Positions 11,061 to 21,269 of a DNA stretch of 32,523 nt are shown piece by piece. Under the pieces are notes generated by a model. That model saw only the letters and a program-made list of their open reading frames with translations. It did not search any database and had not been told where the DNA came from. Made by a program: the position numbers and the translations under genes. Source of the stretch: an uncultured Desulfobacteraceae bacterium (GTDB lineage Bacteria > Desulfobacterota > Desulfobacteria > Desulfobacterales > JAABSP01); contig CAZWGY010000003.1 in the NCBI GenBank assembly GCA_964633575.1, positions 1 through 32,523 of the forward strand. The letters run 5' to 3'. Numbering within the stretch: the first letter of the stretch is position 1; each line of letters begins with the position of its first letter.

Positions 11061-11089
11061 ATGTAACATCAGGGTTTGCAATTTGTCAA
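11061..11089 (-). promoter_or_regulatory. Candidate sigma70-type promoter of the atp operon
   Basis: On the minus strand: TTGACA (11089-11084), 17-nt spacer, TTACAT (11066-11061), about 95 nt upstream of the atpF2 ATG. The -35 element is perfect but the -10 matches only 3 of 6 positions. Confidence 0.4.
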
Positions 11090-11156
11090 AGGTTTTTTGA
11101 AAAATCCCGGCAACGGCATCATCTCCTCGTGCCGAACGCTCCTTTCCCCGGTCCCC

Positions 11157-11522
11157 TCAAGCTTCTTCTTTCCGCATCCCACAGTTCCCATCAAAACGGG
11201 CTCCAGGATCAATGGAGATCACCGGAGACCAAAGCTCCCCCGTCATCCGGGCTGACCGTAGAATCTCGATCTCCCCCGTGGCCTCGATGGTTCCGGTCAC
11301 TTCGCCCATGACCACGGCCCGCCCCACCCGCACATCCGCCTCGATGACCCCTCGATCTCCCACAATCACCGTGCCCCCCTCGCTTTCAATCCGCCCCCGG
11401 ACGTGTCCATCCACCCGGATGATCCCTTCAAATGAAAGGGTCCCTTCGATGCGAATGCCCGGGCCAATCACGCCGGAGACCCCGCCGAGATCCTTCCGCC
11501 GCTTTCGCCCGAACCGGATCAT
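11157..11522 (-). CDS. Bactofilin (DUF583 polymer-forming cytoskeletal protein)
   Basis: 121 aa. Repetitive beta-helix pattern ('IEGTLSFEGIIRVDGHVRGRIES.GTVIVGDRGVIEADVRVGRAVVMGEVTGTIEATGEIEI'). Its ATG at 11522 overlaps the rodA TGA (ATGA). The 388-aa ORF in the track is an artefactual upstream extension through rodA in another frame. Confidence 0.85.
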   Translation of the reverse strand: MIRFGRKRRKDLGGVSGVIGPGIRIEGTLSFEGIIRVDGHVRGRIESEGGTVIVGDRGVIEADVRVGRAVVMGEVTGTIEATGEIEILRSARMTGELWSPVISIDPGARFDGNCGMRKEEA

Positions 11523-12622
11523 TCCACCACGAATCGGCGCATGCTGACGTTTAACAGGATGCTCATGCACAAAATGATAGTGAGGGTCGACGAGCCGCCA
11601 TAGCTGATAAACGGCAGGGGCATTCCCACCACCGGCATGAGCCCCATGACCATGGCGATATTGATCACCGCCTGCCAGAAAATAACCGAAGTCGCCCCCA
11701 CGCAGAGAATGATGCCAAAGGCATCCCGGCATCCATAGGCGATGTTGATCCCCCAAAGGATAACCAATAGCAGAGCGAAAATGAGCGCCGCCGCCCCGAT
11801 GAATCCCATCTCTTCGGCCCAGACGGAGAAGATGAAATCGGTCTGCTGTTCCGGAAGAAAGGAAAGCGCGTTTTGGGTCCCCTTGAAAAGCCCTTTGCCG
11901 GTGGCCATGCCCGATCCGATGGCGATCTTCGACTGGATAATGTGATACCCGGCACCGAGTGGATCGCGGTCCGGATCCAGAAAGGTCAGGATTCGACGGC
12001 GCTGATAATCTTTCAGCAGTCCCCACACCATCGGCACGGCCACTATCCCGGCAATGACAATCGAGATCATTGTTTTGCGCTCGATCTTGACAAAAGCCGT
12101 CATCGACATGGCAATGAAGACCACCAGGAGACCGGTCCCCAGATCCGGTTGTTGGACGATAAGCCCGAACGGAACGGCCACCAGGACGGCCGGTCGGATC
12201 AAGTCCCGAGGAGTCAGTCCCCGGATGTCGAGGCTCCGGGAATAGCACCGGGCCAGCACCACCACAACCCCCACCTTGATCAGTTCGGAAGGCTGAAGGG
12301 AAATGGGGCCCAGTGCCAGCCACCGTCTAGATCCGCCGACATACTTGCCGTAAAAAAGCACCGCGACCAATAAAATGATGCAGATAACCCAGATAAGGTA
12401 AGCCCATTGGTCCAGCAGTCGATAGTCGAAAAAGAACGTCACCAGCATGATGGTCAGGCCAAGGCCGTACCAGATCAACTGTTTGTAGTAGATCATAATC
12501 TGAGGATCAACGTCCCCCGCCGTGACGGCGCTATACAGGGTCAGCAGTCCGGCCCCCACCAGTGCCAGCATGACGCCAAGAAAGCCCCAGTTGAAACATT
12601 CAAGCAGCCGCCGGTCAAACAT
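11519..12622 (-). CDS. rodA: SEDS peptidoglycan glycosyltransferase RodA
   Basis: 367 aa polytopic membrane protein. FtsW/RodA family signatures ('LQPSE', 'DLGT', 'GAGYHIIQSKIAIGSGM..GKG', 'LPE..TDFIFS', 'PLPFISYGGSS'). Located directly after mrdA. Confidence 0.93.
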   Translation of the reverse strand: MFDRRLLECFNWGFLGVMLALVGAGLLTLYSAVTAGDVDPQIMIYYKQLIWYGLGLTIMLVTFFFDYRLLDQWAYLIWVICIILLVAVLFYGKYVGGSRRWLALGPISLQPSELIKVGVVVVLARCYSRSLDIRGLTPRDLIRPAVLVAVPFGLIVQQPDLGTGLLVVFIAMSMTAFVKIERKTMISIVIAGIVAVPMVWGLLKDYQRRRILTFLDPDRDPLGAGYHIIQSKIAIGSGMATGKGLFKGTQNALSFLPEQQTDFIFSVWAEEMGFIGAAALIFALLLVILWGINIAYGCRDAFGIILCVGATSVIFWQAVINIAMVMGLMPVVGMPLPFISYGGSSTLTIILCMSILLNVSMRRFVVE

Positions 12623-12649
12623 CGATGCTCCTTTTTCGTCCGGGTTTCC

Positions 12650-14482
12650 TCACCGGGTCAGGTAATGGCGAATCATCTCACGGGCAATGGGGGCCGCCGT
12701 TCCTGATCCGTGCTCGCCATGCTCGACCATCACCACAACGGCGATCCGGGGGGCTTTTGCCGGGGCATACGCGACAAACCAGGCATGGGCCCGCAGATGA
12801 ACCGGGAGCGGCACCTCCCGCTCATCCCCACCCCGACGACGCCCCACCACCTGGCCGGTGCCGGTCTTACCGGCCACGTCGATGTCCTTCAAGCGGGAGA
12901 CCCGGGCAGTCCCGCCGACTTCATTCACCACTTGGAGGAGTCCGTCTCGAATAATCTCCAGCGTCTCGTCCGACGTCGGCAATCGTTTCGAGGCCCGATC
13001 CGGTCCAAAGGCCACGTCCTCCGCATCCGTCCGTCCGTCGGCGGATTCGATCCGACGGACAATGACCGGTGGGTGGAGCAACCCGCCGTTGGCCACCGCC
13101 GCCGTGAGGACGAGCATCTGCAAGGGGGTGGTCAGGTTATACCCCTGCCCGATGGCGACCGGAAGCGTCTCTCCCCCCATCCAGGGCTCCCCGAAGCGTC
13201 GCCGTTTCCATTCAGAGGTGGGAACCAGCCCGGCGGCCTCCCGGTCCAGCACGATGCCGGAGGGAAGGCCCAGTCCACAGCGCCGGGCATATTCCGCGAG
13301 CCGGTCGACTCCGAGCTTCTGACCCACCTGATAGAAAAAGACATCGCAGGAACCGGCCAGGGCCTGACGGACATTGACATGCCCGTGTCCCCCCCGCTTC
13401 CAGCAGCGAAAGACCTGATTTCCCAACCGATAAAAACCCGGGCAATAAAAACGGGTGGTTTCGTCGATAACCCCTTCCTCCAGGCCGGCCATGGCGGTGA
13501 CGATCTTGTACGTGGATGCCGGAGGATATTCGCCCTGAACGGCCTTGTTTTCCATGGGCCGAAAGGGATCAGAGACCAGGTCTCGCCACCGGGTCCGGGA
13601 GAGCCCGGATACGAAATGGTTGGGGTCGAAGGCCGGCGAGCTGGCCAGCGCCAGAATCTGGCCATTGGTCGGGTCCATGGCCACGGCGGAACCGGCCACG
13701 CCGTTAAGCAGGATCTCCGTCTTGCACTGAAGGCCGTGATCGATGGTCAGACACAAATTCAGACCGGGCTCGGGGGGGACTTCCTCCAGCACCCGGACCA
13801 CTTGGCCGGTGGCGTCCACCTCCACCTGCCGTCCCCCCGACCGGCCCCGAAGGATCGGCTCGGCGGTCTTTTCGATGCCGAACTTACCGACCAGGTCCCC
13901 CGGCCGACAGCCTTCATGGGCCGTGTCATCGGCCAGCTCGGCCTCGGAGATCTCCCCCAGATACCCGATCAAATGAGCCGCGCTGTCGCCATAAATATAG
14001 TGCCGTCGGGGCTCCGCTCGGATTATGACACCAGGCAGGTCATACCGGTTGACCTCGATGGCCCCAAGGGCGTCCCGATCGATGTCCTCCTTCAACAAAA
14101 CCCGCTCGTAGGCGGCCCGCCGCCTGTTTTTGTCGACAATCTCCTGAAGCTGATCTACCGTCTCGTCGATGTATCCGGCGAGCTTGATGAGTGTGGGCCG
14201 CAGCGGTTGAGCGTCCCTCGGCACAATATAAAGGTTGTAGGACGGCCGGTTGTCCACCAGAAGATGCCGGTTCCGGTCGTAGATCAACCCCCGGGAAGGA
14301 GGGATGGTCTGGAGTCGGATGCAGTTGTGTTCGGACAGCCGCCGGTATTCGGCCCCGGCGATGATCTGAAGGTAGTACAGGCGGATGAGCAACACCGAAA
14401 ACACGGCCGATGCCACGATCATACAGCCGACCAGCCGCCGCTTGAACCAATCCCGATCCGCCGATTTGAGATATCCTCCCAC
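12650..14482 (-). CDS. mrdA: Penicillin-binding protein 2 (elongasome transpeptidase)
   Basis: 610 aa. N-terminal TM anchor, SxxK motif 'STYK', 'SCD' (SxN position) and 'KTGT'. The GTG start at 14482 is uncertain. Confidence 0.92.
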   Translation of the reverse strand: MGGYLKSADRDWFKRRLVGCMIVASAVFSVLLIRLYYLQIIAGAEYRRLSEHNCIRLQTIPPSRGLIYDRNRHLLVDNRPSYNLYIVPRDAQPLRPTLIKLAGYIDETVDQLQEIVDKNRRRAAYERVLLKEDIDRDALGAIEVNRYDLPGVIIRAEPRRHYIYGDSAAHLIGYLGEISEAELADDTAHEGCRPGDLVGKFGIEKTAEPILRGRSGGRQVEVDATGQVVRVLEEVPPEPGLNLCLTIDHGLQCKTEILLNGVAGSAVAMDPTNGQILALASSPAFDPNHFVSGLSRTRWRDLVSDPFRPMENKAVQGEYPPASTYKIVTAMAGLEEGVIDETTRFYCPGFYRLGNQVFRCWKRGGHGHVNVRQALAGSCDVFFYQVGQKLGVDRLAEYARRCGLGLPSGIVLDREAAGLVPTSEWKRRRFGEPWMGGETLPVAIGQGYNLTTPLQMLVLTAAVANGGLLHPPVIVRRIESADGRTDAEDVAFGPDRASKRLPTSDETLEIIRDGLLQVVNEVGGTARVSRLKDIDVAGKTGTGQVVGRRRGGDEREVPLPVHLRAHAWFVAYAPAKAPRIAVVVMVEHGEHGSGTAAPIAREMIRHYLTR

Positions 14483-14493
14483 TCCCGGTTTCC

Positions 14494-15012
14494 TCAGCCA
14501 TCCACTTCAGCTCCCGTTATCACCGACATCCACCGGATCCATTGCCCATGAATCCAACGGACCGCCAACAGGAGAGGCGGCGCTGTCAGGGGAGCCGCGA
14601 TCAGATGAATGCCAATGGTTTTTAACACCTCGATCTCTGGACCATTACCGGGCCGTTCCCACATCAGGCCCACGGCCATTACTCCCTGGACGGCGGCGGC
14701 CGCAAACGCCATACCAGCCCAAAAAATTCGGTTCCCCATCTGAAATGGCCCCCGAAGCAGATACCCGGCGGCGAACAGTCCCAGATAAGACAATCCATAG
14801 ATTCCGAATGGAGCCGCCGACAGCGAATCCATCAATCCACCGGCCAGCAGAACGCCCGGAGCCGACTCCACCGTTGGCCGACAGACGACGAGATAGAGGA
14901 CCAAAGGGATAAAAAGATCATAACACCCCCCGTATCCAGTCAGCAACGGAATCACCGTGGTCTGCAAGAGAGCCAGGCAGAGTCCGACAACGATGTAAAA
15001 GCCGAATGTCAT
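14494..15012 (-). CDS. mreD: Rod shape-determining protein MreD
   Basis: 172-aa polytopic hydrophobic protein between mreC and mrdA. ATGA overlap with the mreC stop. Confidence 0.85.
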   Translation of the reverse strand: MTFGFYIVVGLCLALLQTTVIPLLTGYGGCYDLFIPLVLYLVVCRPTVESAPGVLLAGGLMDSLSAAPFGIYGLSYLGLFAAGYLLRGPFQMGNRIFWAGMAFAAAAVQGVMAVGLMWERPGNGPEIEVLKTIGIHLIAAPLTAPPLLLAVRWIHGQWIRWMSVITGAEVDG

Positions 15013-15845
15013 CGCCCGCCGTAGCCGGCGCCCCCGAAAGGATCGAGGACCACCAGGACTTCCTCGATGGTTTCGAAATCGACCGCCGGCACCACCACCA
15101 CCTCTTGAAAAATCCCGGCATGTTTGGGAATCACATTATCGACCCATCCAACCCGCAAGCCCTTGGGAAACACTCCATCGAGCCCCGACGAGATGACCAC
15201 CGCCCCTTTGATGACATCATGTTTGCGCTGGACATAATCCAGAACGCACCGGTCAGCGGACCGTCCCCTGACGATCCCCCGGACCCGGCTCTTTTGAAGG
15301 AGCGCGTCCACCGAGCTCTTCGGGTCGATGATCAACAAAATGCTGGCGTAATGGGCTGACGCGCTGGTTACCAGCCCGACCACGCCTTCCGGGACCACCA
15401 CCGGCAGCCCTTCCACCACGCCCTCCGACACCCCTTTGTCAATGGTCACTCGCTTGACCCAGGGAGCGGGATCCTTGCCAATGATCTCGGCGGGGACCAA
15501 GCGACCGGGGCTTTCGGTCCGAAAGGCCAGGAGCCGGCGAAGCCGATCATTGGCCAGCTCGGCCTCCCGGCAGGCGTGGGCGTCCCGCCGGGCCTCGCCC
15601 AAAACCTCATGAAGCGCCTCATTTTTCTGGGCCACCGACACCAGCCAGAAATAGTGCCGCCAGATATCTCCGAGAAACCGGATGGAGTGGGCCGCGATTT
15701 CCTGAAACGGCCCGGTCAGAGCGATGGTCAGCGGGACAGGACGGCCGCGGGTGGTGGGGGATACGCTTTCAATGGAAAAGGTCACCATGTTGACAATAAT
15801 CAACACGGCAACGCACCCCACCATCACCCGGTGTTTTGTGAGCAT
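15009..15845 (-). CDS. mreC: Rod shape-determining protein MreC
   Basis: 278 aa. N-terminal TM, coiled-coil segment ('EALHEVLGEARRD..ELANDRLRRLL'), beta-barrel domain motifs ('GKDP..W...TIDKG...G......VV...G.VG.V'). Lies 5 nt downstream of mreB. Confidence 0.9.
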   Translation of the reverse strand: MLTKHRVMVGCVAVLIIVNMVTFSIESVSPTTRGRPVPLTIALTGPFQEIAAHSIRFLGDIWRHYFWLVSVAQKNEALHEVLGEARRDAHACREAELANDRLRRLLAFRTESPGRLVPAEIIGKDPAPWVKRVTIDKGVSEGVVEGLPVVVPEGVVGLVTSASAHYASILLIIDPKSSVDALLQKSRVRGIVRGRSADRCVLDYVQRKHDVIKGAVVISSGLDGVFPKGLRVGWVDNVIPKHAGIFQEVVVVPAVDFETIEEVLVVLDPFGGAGYGGR

Positions 15846-15850
15846 TGGGA

Positions 15851-16915
<1,065 letters not shown>

Positions 16916-17007
16916 TCACGCTACCTAATTATTGTAGCCACCATCCGCCGCCGATTCCGGCCGCATATCTCCTGAATCGCTATCAGAAATAGACCGCAAT
17001 GACAAGC

Positions 17008-18114
17008 CTAAAAATCGGATGCACCCGCATTCGGAGTCCCCAGCAGATCGTCCATCACCGCGTCGTGAAACCGGGGCCGAAACGCCCGGATCCGACCATT
17101 TCGACGGGTCGGATGGACTCGGTTGGTCAAGAGGACGACGCCAATCTCCCGGTCAAGATCCATCCAGAAGGAAGTCCCGGTAAATCCCAGGTGGCCGACA
17201 CTGTGAGCGGACAACCGCGTCCCCGCGCTCGATCCCGCCGGCGAAGGGGTGTCAAAGCCAAGGGATCGGCCTGAACCGGGCTGCCTTTGAAAAAACCGGC
17301 GAACCCAGGCCGGAGAAAACCGAGTCTCTCGCCTTCCGGTGAAGGTAGCCATCAGCTCGGATACCAGAGCCGCCACCGCCCCGGCGGTCCCGAACAGCCC
17401 GGCATGGCCGGCGACCCCGCCGATAGCGTCGGCGTTTTCATCATGGACCCGCCCCGAAACCAGGCAGCGCCGCCACGGACACCATTCGGTGGCCGCGACG
17501 GGTCTCCCCGCCACCATCCCGCCCATTCCAACGAAAAAAAGATCCGGAATCCCCAACGGCCGATAGATCGTCTCCATCACCCACCCATCGAGCCGTTCTC
17601 CGGTTATCTCCTCCACCACCATCTGGAGAAGCATGAACCCCAGATCGGAATACCGGCCGACGTCTCCGGGCCGGGTGAGGAGCGGTTCGCGCATCAGGAT
17701 AGACCGCAGCGCCGCCTTCCGGTCTTTCGGATGCAATCGGGACAAAGTCCAAAAATAGGGCCGATAGGCGGGAAGGCCCGAGGTGTGGGCCAGAAGCTGC
17801 GCCGGGGTAATGTCAGCCTTATCCGTACCCCGAACCATATCGCCGGCCACCGCCGCCAGGGGGGCATCAAGGTCAATCCGGGCGTCCTCCGCCAAGGCCA
17901 TCACCGCGAGGGTCATGGCCAGGGGCTTGGTCAGCGACGCCAGATCAAAGACTGTCTCCGAGGTCACCACTTGTCTGGAAAAGCGGTTGGCATATCCATA
18001 GGGCCTTAGAAAGACGAGCTGATCCCCCCGCGCTACCGCCACCACGGCGCCGGGAAAGACTCCCTCGTCGAGCCCCGCTCGCACCAGGCGGTCCGTTGAC
18101 GGTAAGTCGTTCAC
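17008..18114 (-). CDS. Serine hydrolase of the beta-lactamase / class C PBP-like family
   Basis: 368 aa. SxxK motif 'SLTK', 'YSD' at the YxN position, 'GHLGFTGTS' at the KTG/HxG position. Its GTG start overlaps the ldcA stop (GTGA). Confidence 0.85.
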   Translation of the reverse strand: MNDLPSTDRLVRAGLDEGVFPGAVVAVARGDQLVFLRPYGYANRFSRQVVTSETVFDLASLTKPLAMTLAVMALAEDARIDLDAPLAAVAGDMVRGTDKADITPAQLLAHTSGLPAYRPYFWTLSRLHPKDRKAALRSILMREPLLTRPGDVGRYSDLGFMLLQMVVEEITGERLDGWVMETIYRPLGIPDLFFVGMGGMVAGRPVAATEWCPWRRCLVSGRVHDENADAIGGVAGHAGLFGTAGAVAALVSELMATFTGRRETRFSPAWVRRFFQRQPGSGRSLGFDTPSPAGSSAGTRLSAHSVGHLGFTGTSFWMDLDREIGVVLLTNRVHPTRRNGRIRAFRPRFHDAVMDDLLGTPNAGASDF

Positions 18115-19046
18115 CAGGGCGCCTTGTCTGACGCCAAAAAGGAAAGCACGCCGGCATCGGCGTCCAGACGAGCGGTTGTTCCCAGCGGGAAGGTCCGGTT
18201 TTCAGGGCCGTGGCCCGCTTCCAGGTCCCCGAGAACCGGAACCGGGGGGTCGGAGAAAACGGCGGTCACGATCTCGTGGACCCGATCCACGGGGCCGCAT
18301 TCGGTAAACCCGCCCAGGGCCACGCCGACCACGCCGTCCAGGACCCCCGATAGTCGCATCTGAGTCAGCATTCGATCGATTCGATAGGGTGCTTCCCCCC
18401 GGTCCTCAAGAAAAAGAATGCTACCTTCCAGGACAGGGGCCAGCGGGGTAGCCAGGAGGTGGCAGAGCGTCGTGAGGTTTCCGCCCAAAAGGGTTCCAAC
18501 CGCCCGGCCCCTTCTCAGGGCCGTTCCCGTCAGACCGGGGCAGTCGGCGACCGACCTGGCGGTCAGGGACCGGCGGAAGGCTTCACGGCTGGCCGCCGGC
18601 GCATCGGCCAGAGTCGTGACCACCGGGCCATGGAAGGTCACCAGGCCCGATCTCGCCCGGAGGCTCCAGAGCATCGCGGTGAGGTCGGAAAACCCGACGA
18701 ATCGCTTGGGATGGTTCTCCGCGGCGGCGTAATCAAAACGGGCTGCCGTCCGCATCGCGCCGTATCCGCCCCGGGCACAGAGAATCGCCCGGACGCCAGG
18801 CTCCCGGAACAGACGGGTCAGGGCGGCGGCCCGATCATCATCCGATCCGGCCAGGTACCCCGCCCGGCGGAAGGTCACCGATGGAGTCCAGACCTCAAAG
18901 CCCATTTCCCGGATGACCGCGATTCCCCGTTCAAGCTGCCGGTGGTCAAAGGGACTTGAGGGCGCGGCCACGGCGACGAGGTCTCCCGGCTCGACCGGCG
19001 GAGGCAAAATCGCCGTGCCCATGCCGCCTTTCATCGGAGACCGCAC
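18111..19046 (-). CDS. ldcA: LD-carboxypeptidase (peptidase S66, LdcA/MccF family)
   Basis: 311 aa. Nucleophile motif 'VGFSDLTAM', '[18 protein letters not shown]', catalytic His in 'EAGHG'. The start is uncertain: GTG 19046, ATG 19034 or ATG 19022. Confidence 0.85.
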   Translation of the reverse strand: MRSPMKGGMGTAILPPPVEPGDLVAVAAPSSPFDHRQLERGIAVIREMGFEVWTPSVTFRRAGYLAGSDDDRAAALTRLFREPGVRAILCARGGYGAMRTAARFDYAAAENHPKRFVGFSDLTAMLWSLRARSGLVTFHGPVVTTLADAPAASREAFRRSLTARSVADCPGLTGTALRRGRAVGTLLGGNLTTLCHLLATPLAPVLEGSILFLEDRGEAPYRIDRMLTQMRLSGVLDGVVGVALGGFTECGPVDRVHEIVTAVFSDPPVPVLGDLEAGHGPENRTFPLGTTARLDADAGVLSFLASDKAPW

Positions 19047-19077
19047 CCGGGCAATCCAAAAATGAAGTCGGAATCTA

Positions 19078-19106
19078 TTGACATCGGTTTCCGAAGGCAG
19101 TATAAG
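19078..19106 (+). promoter_or_regulatory. Sigma70-type promoter of tRNA-Pro
   Basis: TTGACA (19078-19083), 17-nt spacer, TATAAG (19101-19106). The predicted transcription start lies about 6 nt before the mature tRNA 5' end. Confidence 0.6.
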
Positions 19107-19118
19107 TGGCGGTGGCGT

Positions 19119-19195
<77 letters not shown>

Positions 19196-19211
19196 GCTTG
19201 AGTCGAATCGA

Positions 19212-19245
19212 ACGGCAAGGTCTTTGGATCTTGCCGTTTGTTGTT
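19212..19245 (+). terminator. Rho-independent terminator of tRNA-Pro
   Basis: 11-bp stem (ACGGCAAGGTC / GATCTTGCCGT, including one G-T pair) with a TTTG loop, followed by TTGTTGTT. Confidence 0.7.
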
Positions 19246-19417
19246 GCGGGCCGCCGATGCCGTTCCTCTCCCGACACGCTCATCTCCCATGGATCCATCA
19301 CCCATATTCCCCGGCGGATACGGCGCCGTCTGTATGGTCGGTGCCACCGTTTTCCGGCTTCCGACGTTATCCGTTTCACCTTGCCAGATGCCCCAAAGAG
19401 CATTACTTTAAAATCTG

Positions 19418-19446
19418 TTGAACATCCGATTCAATCCGAATATAAT
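19418..19446 (+). promoter_or_regulatory. Candidate sigma70-type promoter of the gsp operon
   Basis: TTGAAC (19418-19423), 17-nt spacer, consensus TATAAT (19441-19446), about 90 nt upstream of the gspF ATG. It sits in the most AT-rich part of the 343-nt gap after the tRNA. Confidence 0.55.
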
Positions 19447-19538
19447 GTTGAATCTGTATAACAGGTACTCCGAGATGATCGGTTTTGCAATCATAATCTG
19501 ACTCGGCCTAACCAGAAAGGCTCAATGATTTAGTAGAT

Positions 19539-20765
19539 ATGCCGGTTTATGAATATACGGCGCTCGATCCGAAGGGCAAGACGATCACCGGAATCATCGA
19601 TGCGGAAAGTTCGCCGGCGGCCCGGCAAAAGCTGCGGACCTCCAAAATCTATCCGGTCCAGATCCGGGAAACGGATAAAGCCGCCACCAAGAAAGAAAGT
19701 CGATCGCTGACCGGTGGCCGCCTGATGGGGCGGATCAAACCCGGCGAGGTGGCGATGATGACCCGGCAGTTGGCGACGCTACTCAATGCCGGCTTTGCCC
19801 TCGTCCCGGCACTGGACACCTTGATTCCTCAGACCAAGTCACCGGCTTTCAAGCGCTGCCTGGCTCATATAAAGGATGCCATCGTCGAAGGCAACAGTTT
19901 TGCCACCGCCCTGGAACGGTATCCTTCCGTTTTTTCAGCGGTGTATATCAATATGGTCGCCGCCGGAGAATCATCCGGAACCCTGGAAATCGTCCTTGAC
20001 CGGCTTGCCGACATCACCGAAAAGCAGCAGGCTCTGAAAACCCGAATCCGGTCAGCGCTGGCCTACCCGGTGCTGATGACCGGCATCGGGGTACTCGTTT
20101 TGTTTCTGCTGATGACATTTATCGTCCCGAGCATCTCGGCCATCTTCACGGACATGAATCAGGTGCTCCCGGCGCCCACCCGATTCCTCATCGCCAGCAG
20201 CGCTCTGTTTCAGGCGTATTGGTGGGTCCTTCTGGTGATCCTGGTTGGTCTTGGGTTTGCCTTCAACACCTTCAAAAAAACCCGGAAGGGACGACGGGTC
20301 GTCGACCGGGCGGTTCTCTCGCTGCCGGGATTCGGGGTCCTGGCCCGGAAGCTGGCTGTGGCCCGGTTTTCCCGGACTTTGGGATCCTTGCTGGAAAACG
20401 GCGTCACCGTGTTGTCGGCACTGGAGATCGTCAAAAACATCGTCGGCAATGTGCTCCTTGCCGAGGCCGTCGAACGGGCCGGCCGTGAGGTGGGCAAGGG
20501 CCAGGGGCTGGCCCGTTCCCTGTCAGAGGGCGACATCTTTCCATCCCTGTCCATCCAGATGATCCAGGTGGGTGAGCAGAGCGGCGAGCTCGAAAGGATG
20601 CTCAACAAGATCGCCGATGTTTTTGAAAACGAGGTGGAACAGACGGTTCTCGGCATGACCTCGCTCCTCGAACCGATCATGATCCTGATCATGGGCGTGG
20701 TGGTCGGGTTTATCGTCCTGTCCATCTGTTTGCCGATTTTCGAAATGAATCAGTTGATCCGGTAA
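19539..20765 (+). CDS. gspF: Type II secretion system inner-membrane platform protein GspF
   Basis: 408 aa. Duplicated GspF/PilC domain architecture with three TM segments, typical start 'MPVYEYTALD..G....G' and the conserved 'GE.SG.L' motif present twice ('AGESSGTLE', 'GEQSGELE'). Confidence 0.93.
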   Translation: MPVYEYTALDPKGKTITGIIDAESSPAARQKLRTSKIYPVQIRETDKAATKKESRSLTGGRLMGRIKPGEVAMMTRQLATLLNAGFALVPALDTLIPQTKSPAFKRCLAHIKDAIVEGNSFATALERYPSVFSAVYINMVAAGESSGTLEIVLDRLADITEKQQALKTRIRSALAYPVLMTGIGVLVLFLLMTFIVPSISAIFTDMNQVLPAPTRFLIASSALFQAYWWVLLVILVGLGFAFNTFKKTRKGRRVVDRAVLSLPGFGVLARKLAVARFSRTLGSLLENGVTVLSALEIVKNIVGNVLLAEAVERAGREVGKGQGLARSLSEGDIFPSLSIQMIQVGEQSGELERMLNKIADVFENEVEQTVLGMTSLLEPIMILIMGVVVGFIVLSICLPIFEMNQLIR

Positions 20766-20801
20766 TTTCCCGTGTCAGTCCAATCAGATAACGGAGGTAT
20801 C

Positions 20802-21269
20802 ATGCACCCAACCCATCGTCTTAAGATATACCCCTTCACCCGAGCCGAAGGGGGGTTCACCCTCATCGAGCTGATGGTGGTCATCGTCATTTTGGGGATC
20901 CTGGCCACCCTTGTCGTCCCCAACATCATGGACACCCCGGACGAGGCCAAACAGGCCAAGGCCAAGGTTGACATCTCCGCCCTGGAAACCGCCTTAAAGA
21001 TGTACAAGCTCCACAACGGGCAGTACCCCACTACCCAGCAGGGACTCCAGGCCCTGGTGGATCCGCCGGAAAGCGGCACTCAGCCCAAGAACTGGAAGGA
21101 AGGCGGCTATCTGGAAAAAGGGCGGGTGCCATTGGATCCATGGGACAATGAGTACGTTTACCTCAGCCCCGGAGTCCACGGCGACTATGACATCACCTCT
21201 TACGGAGCGGACGGCGTGCCCGGCGGCGAGGGCAAGAACGCGGATATCAACAGTTGGGACATCGACTAA
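20802..21269 (+). CDS. gspG: Major pseudopilin GspG
   Basis: Prepilin motif 'G|[17 protein letters not shown]'. GspG-specific '[22 protein letters not shown]' and a Ca-site region '[38 protein letters not shown]'. Start set at ATG 20802 (GGAGG SD), not at the track's GTG 20772. Confidence 0.92.
   Translation: MHPTHRLKIYPFTRAEGGFTLIELMVVIVILGILATLVVPNIMDTPDEAKQAKAKVDISALETALKMYKLHNGQYPTTQQGLQALVDPPESGTQPKNWKEGGYLEKGRVPLDPWDNEYVYLSPGVHGDYDITSYGADGVPGGEGKNADINSWDID

Noticed and set aside
11157-12323. 388-aa ORF that appears to span bactofilin and most of rodA.
   Set aside because: Only the last 121 codons (from ATG 11522) look like a real protein, the bactofilin. The upstream 267 codons are an out-of-frame read-through of rodA with a Gly/Arg/Pro-rich nonsense composition.
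12710-14551. Very long antisense ORFs opposite conserved genes. Examples: 613 aa opposite mrdA, 448 aa at 5561-6907 opposite atpD, 356 aa at 1892-2962 opposite rny, 379 aa at 29897-31036 opposite gspD/E, 277 aa at 25465-26298, and 265 aa at 22717-23514.
   Set aside because: These are typical shadow ORFs of GC-rich DNA. Their translations are Arg/Gly/Pro/His-rich and low in complexity, with no motifs, no RBS context and no independent intergenic space. The opposite strand encodes unmistakable conserved proteins.
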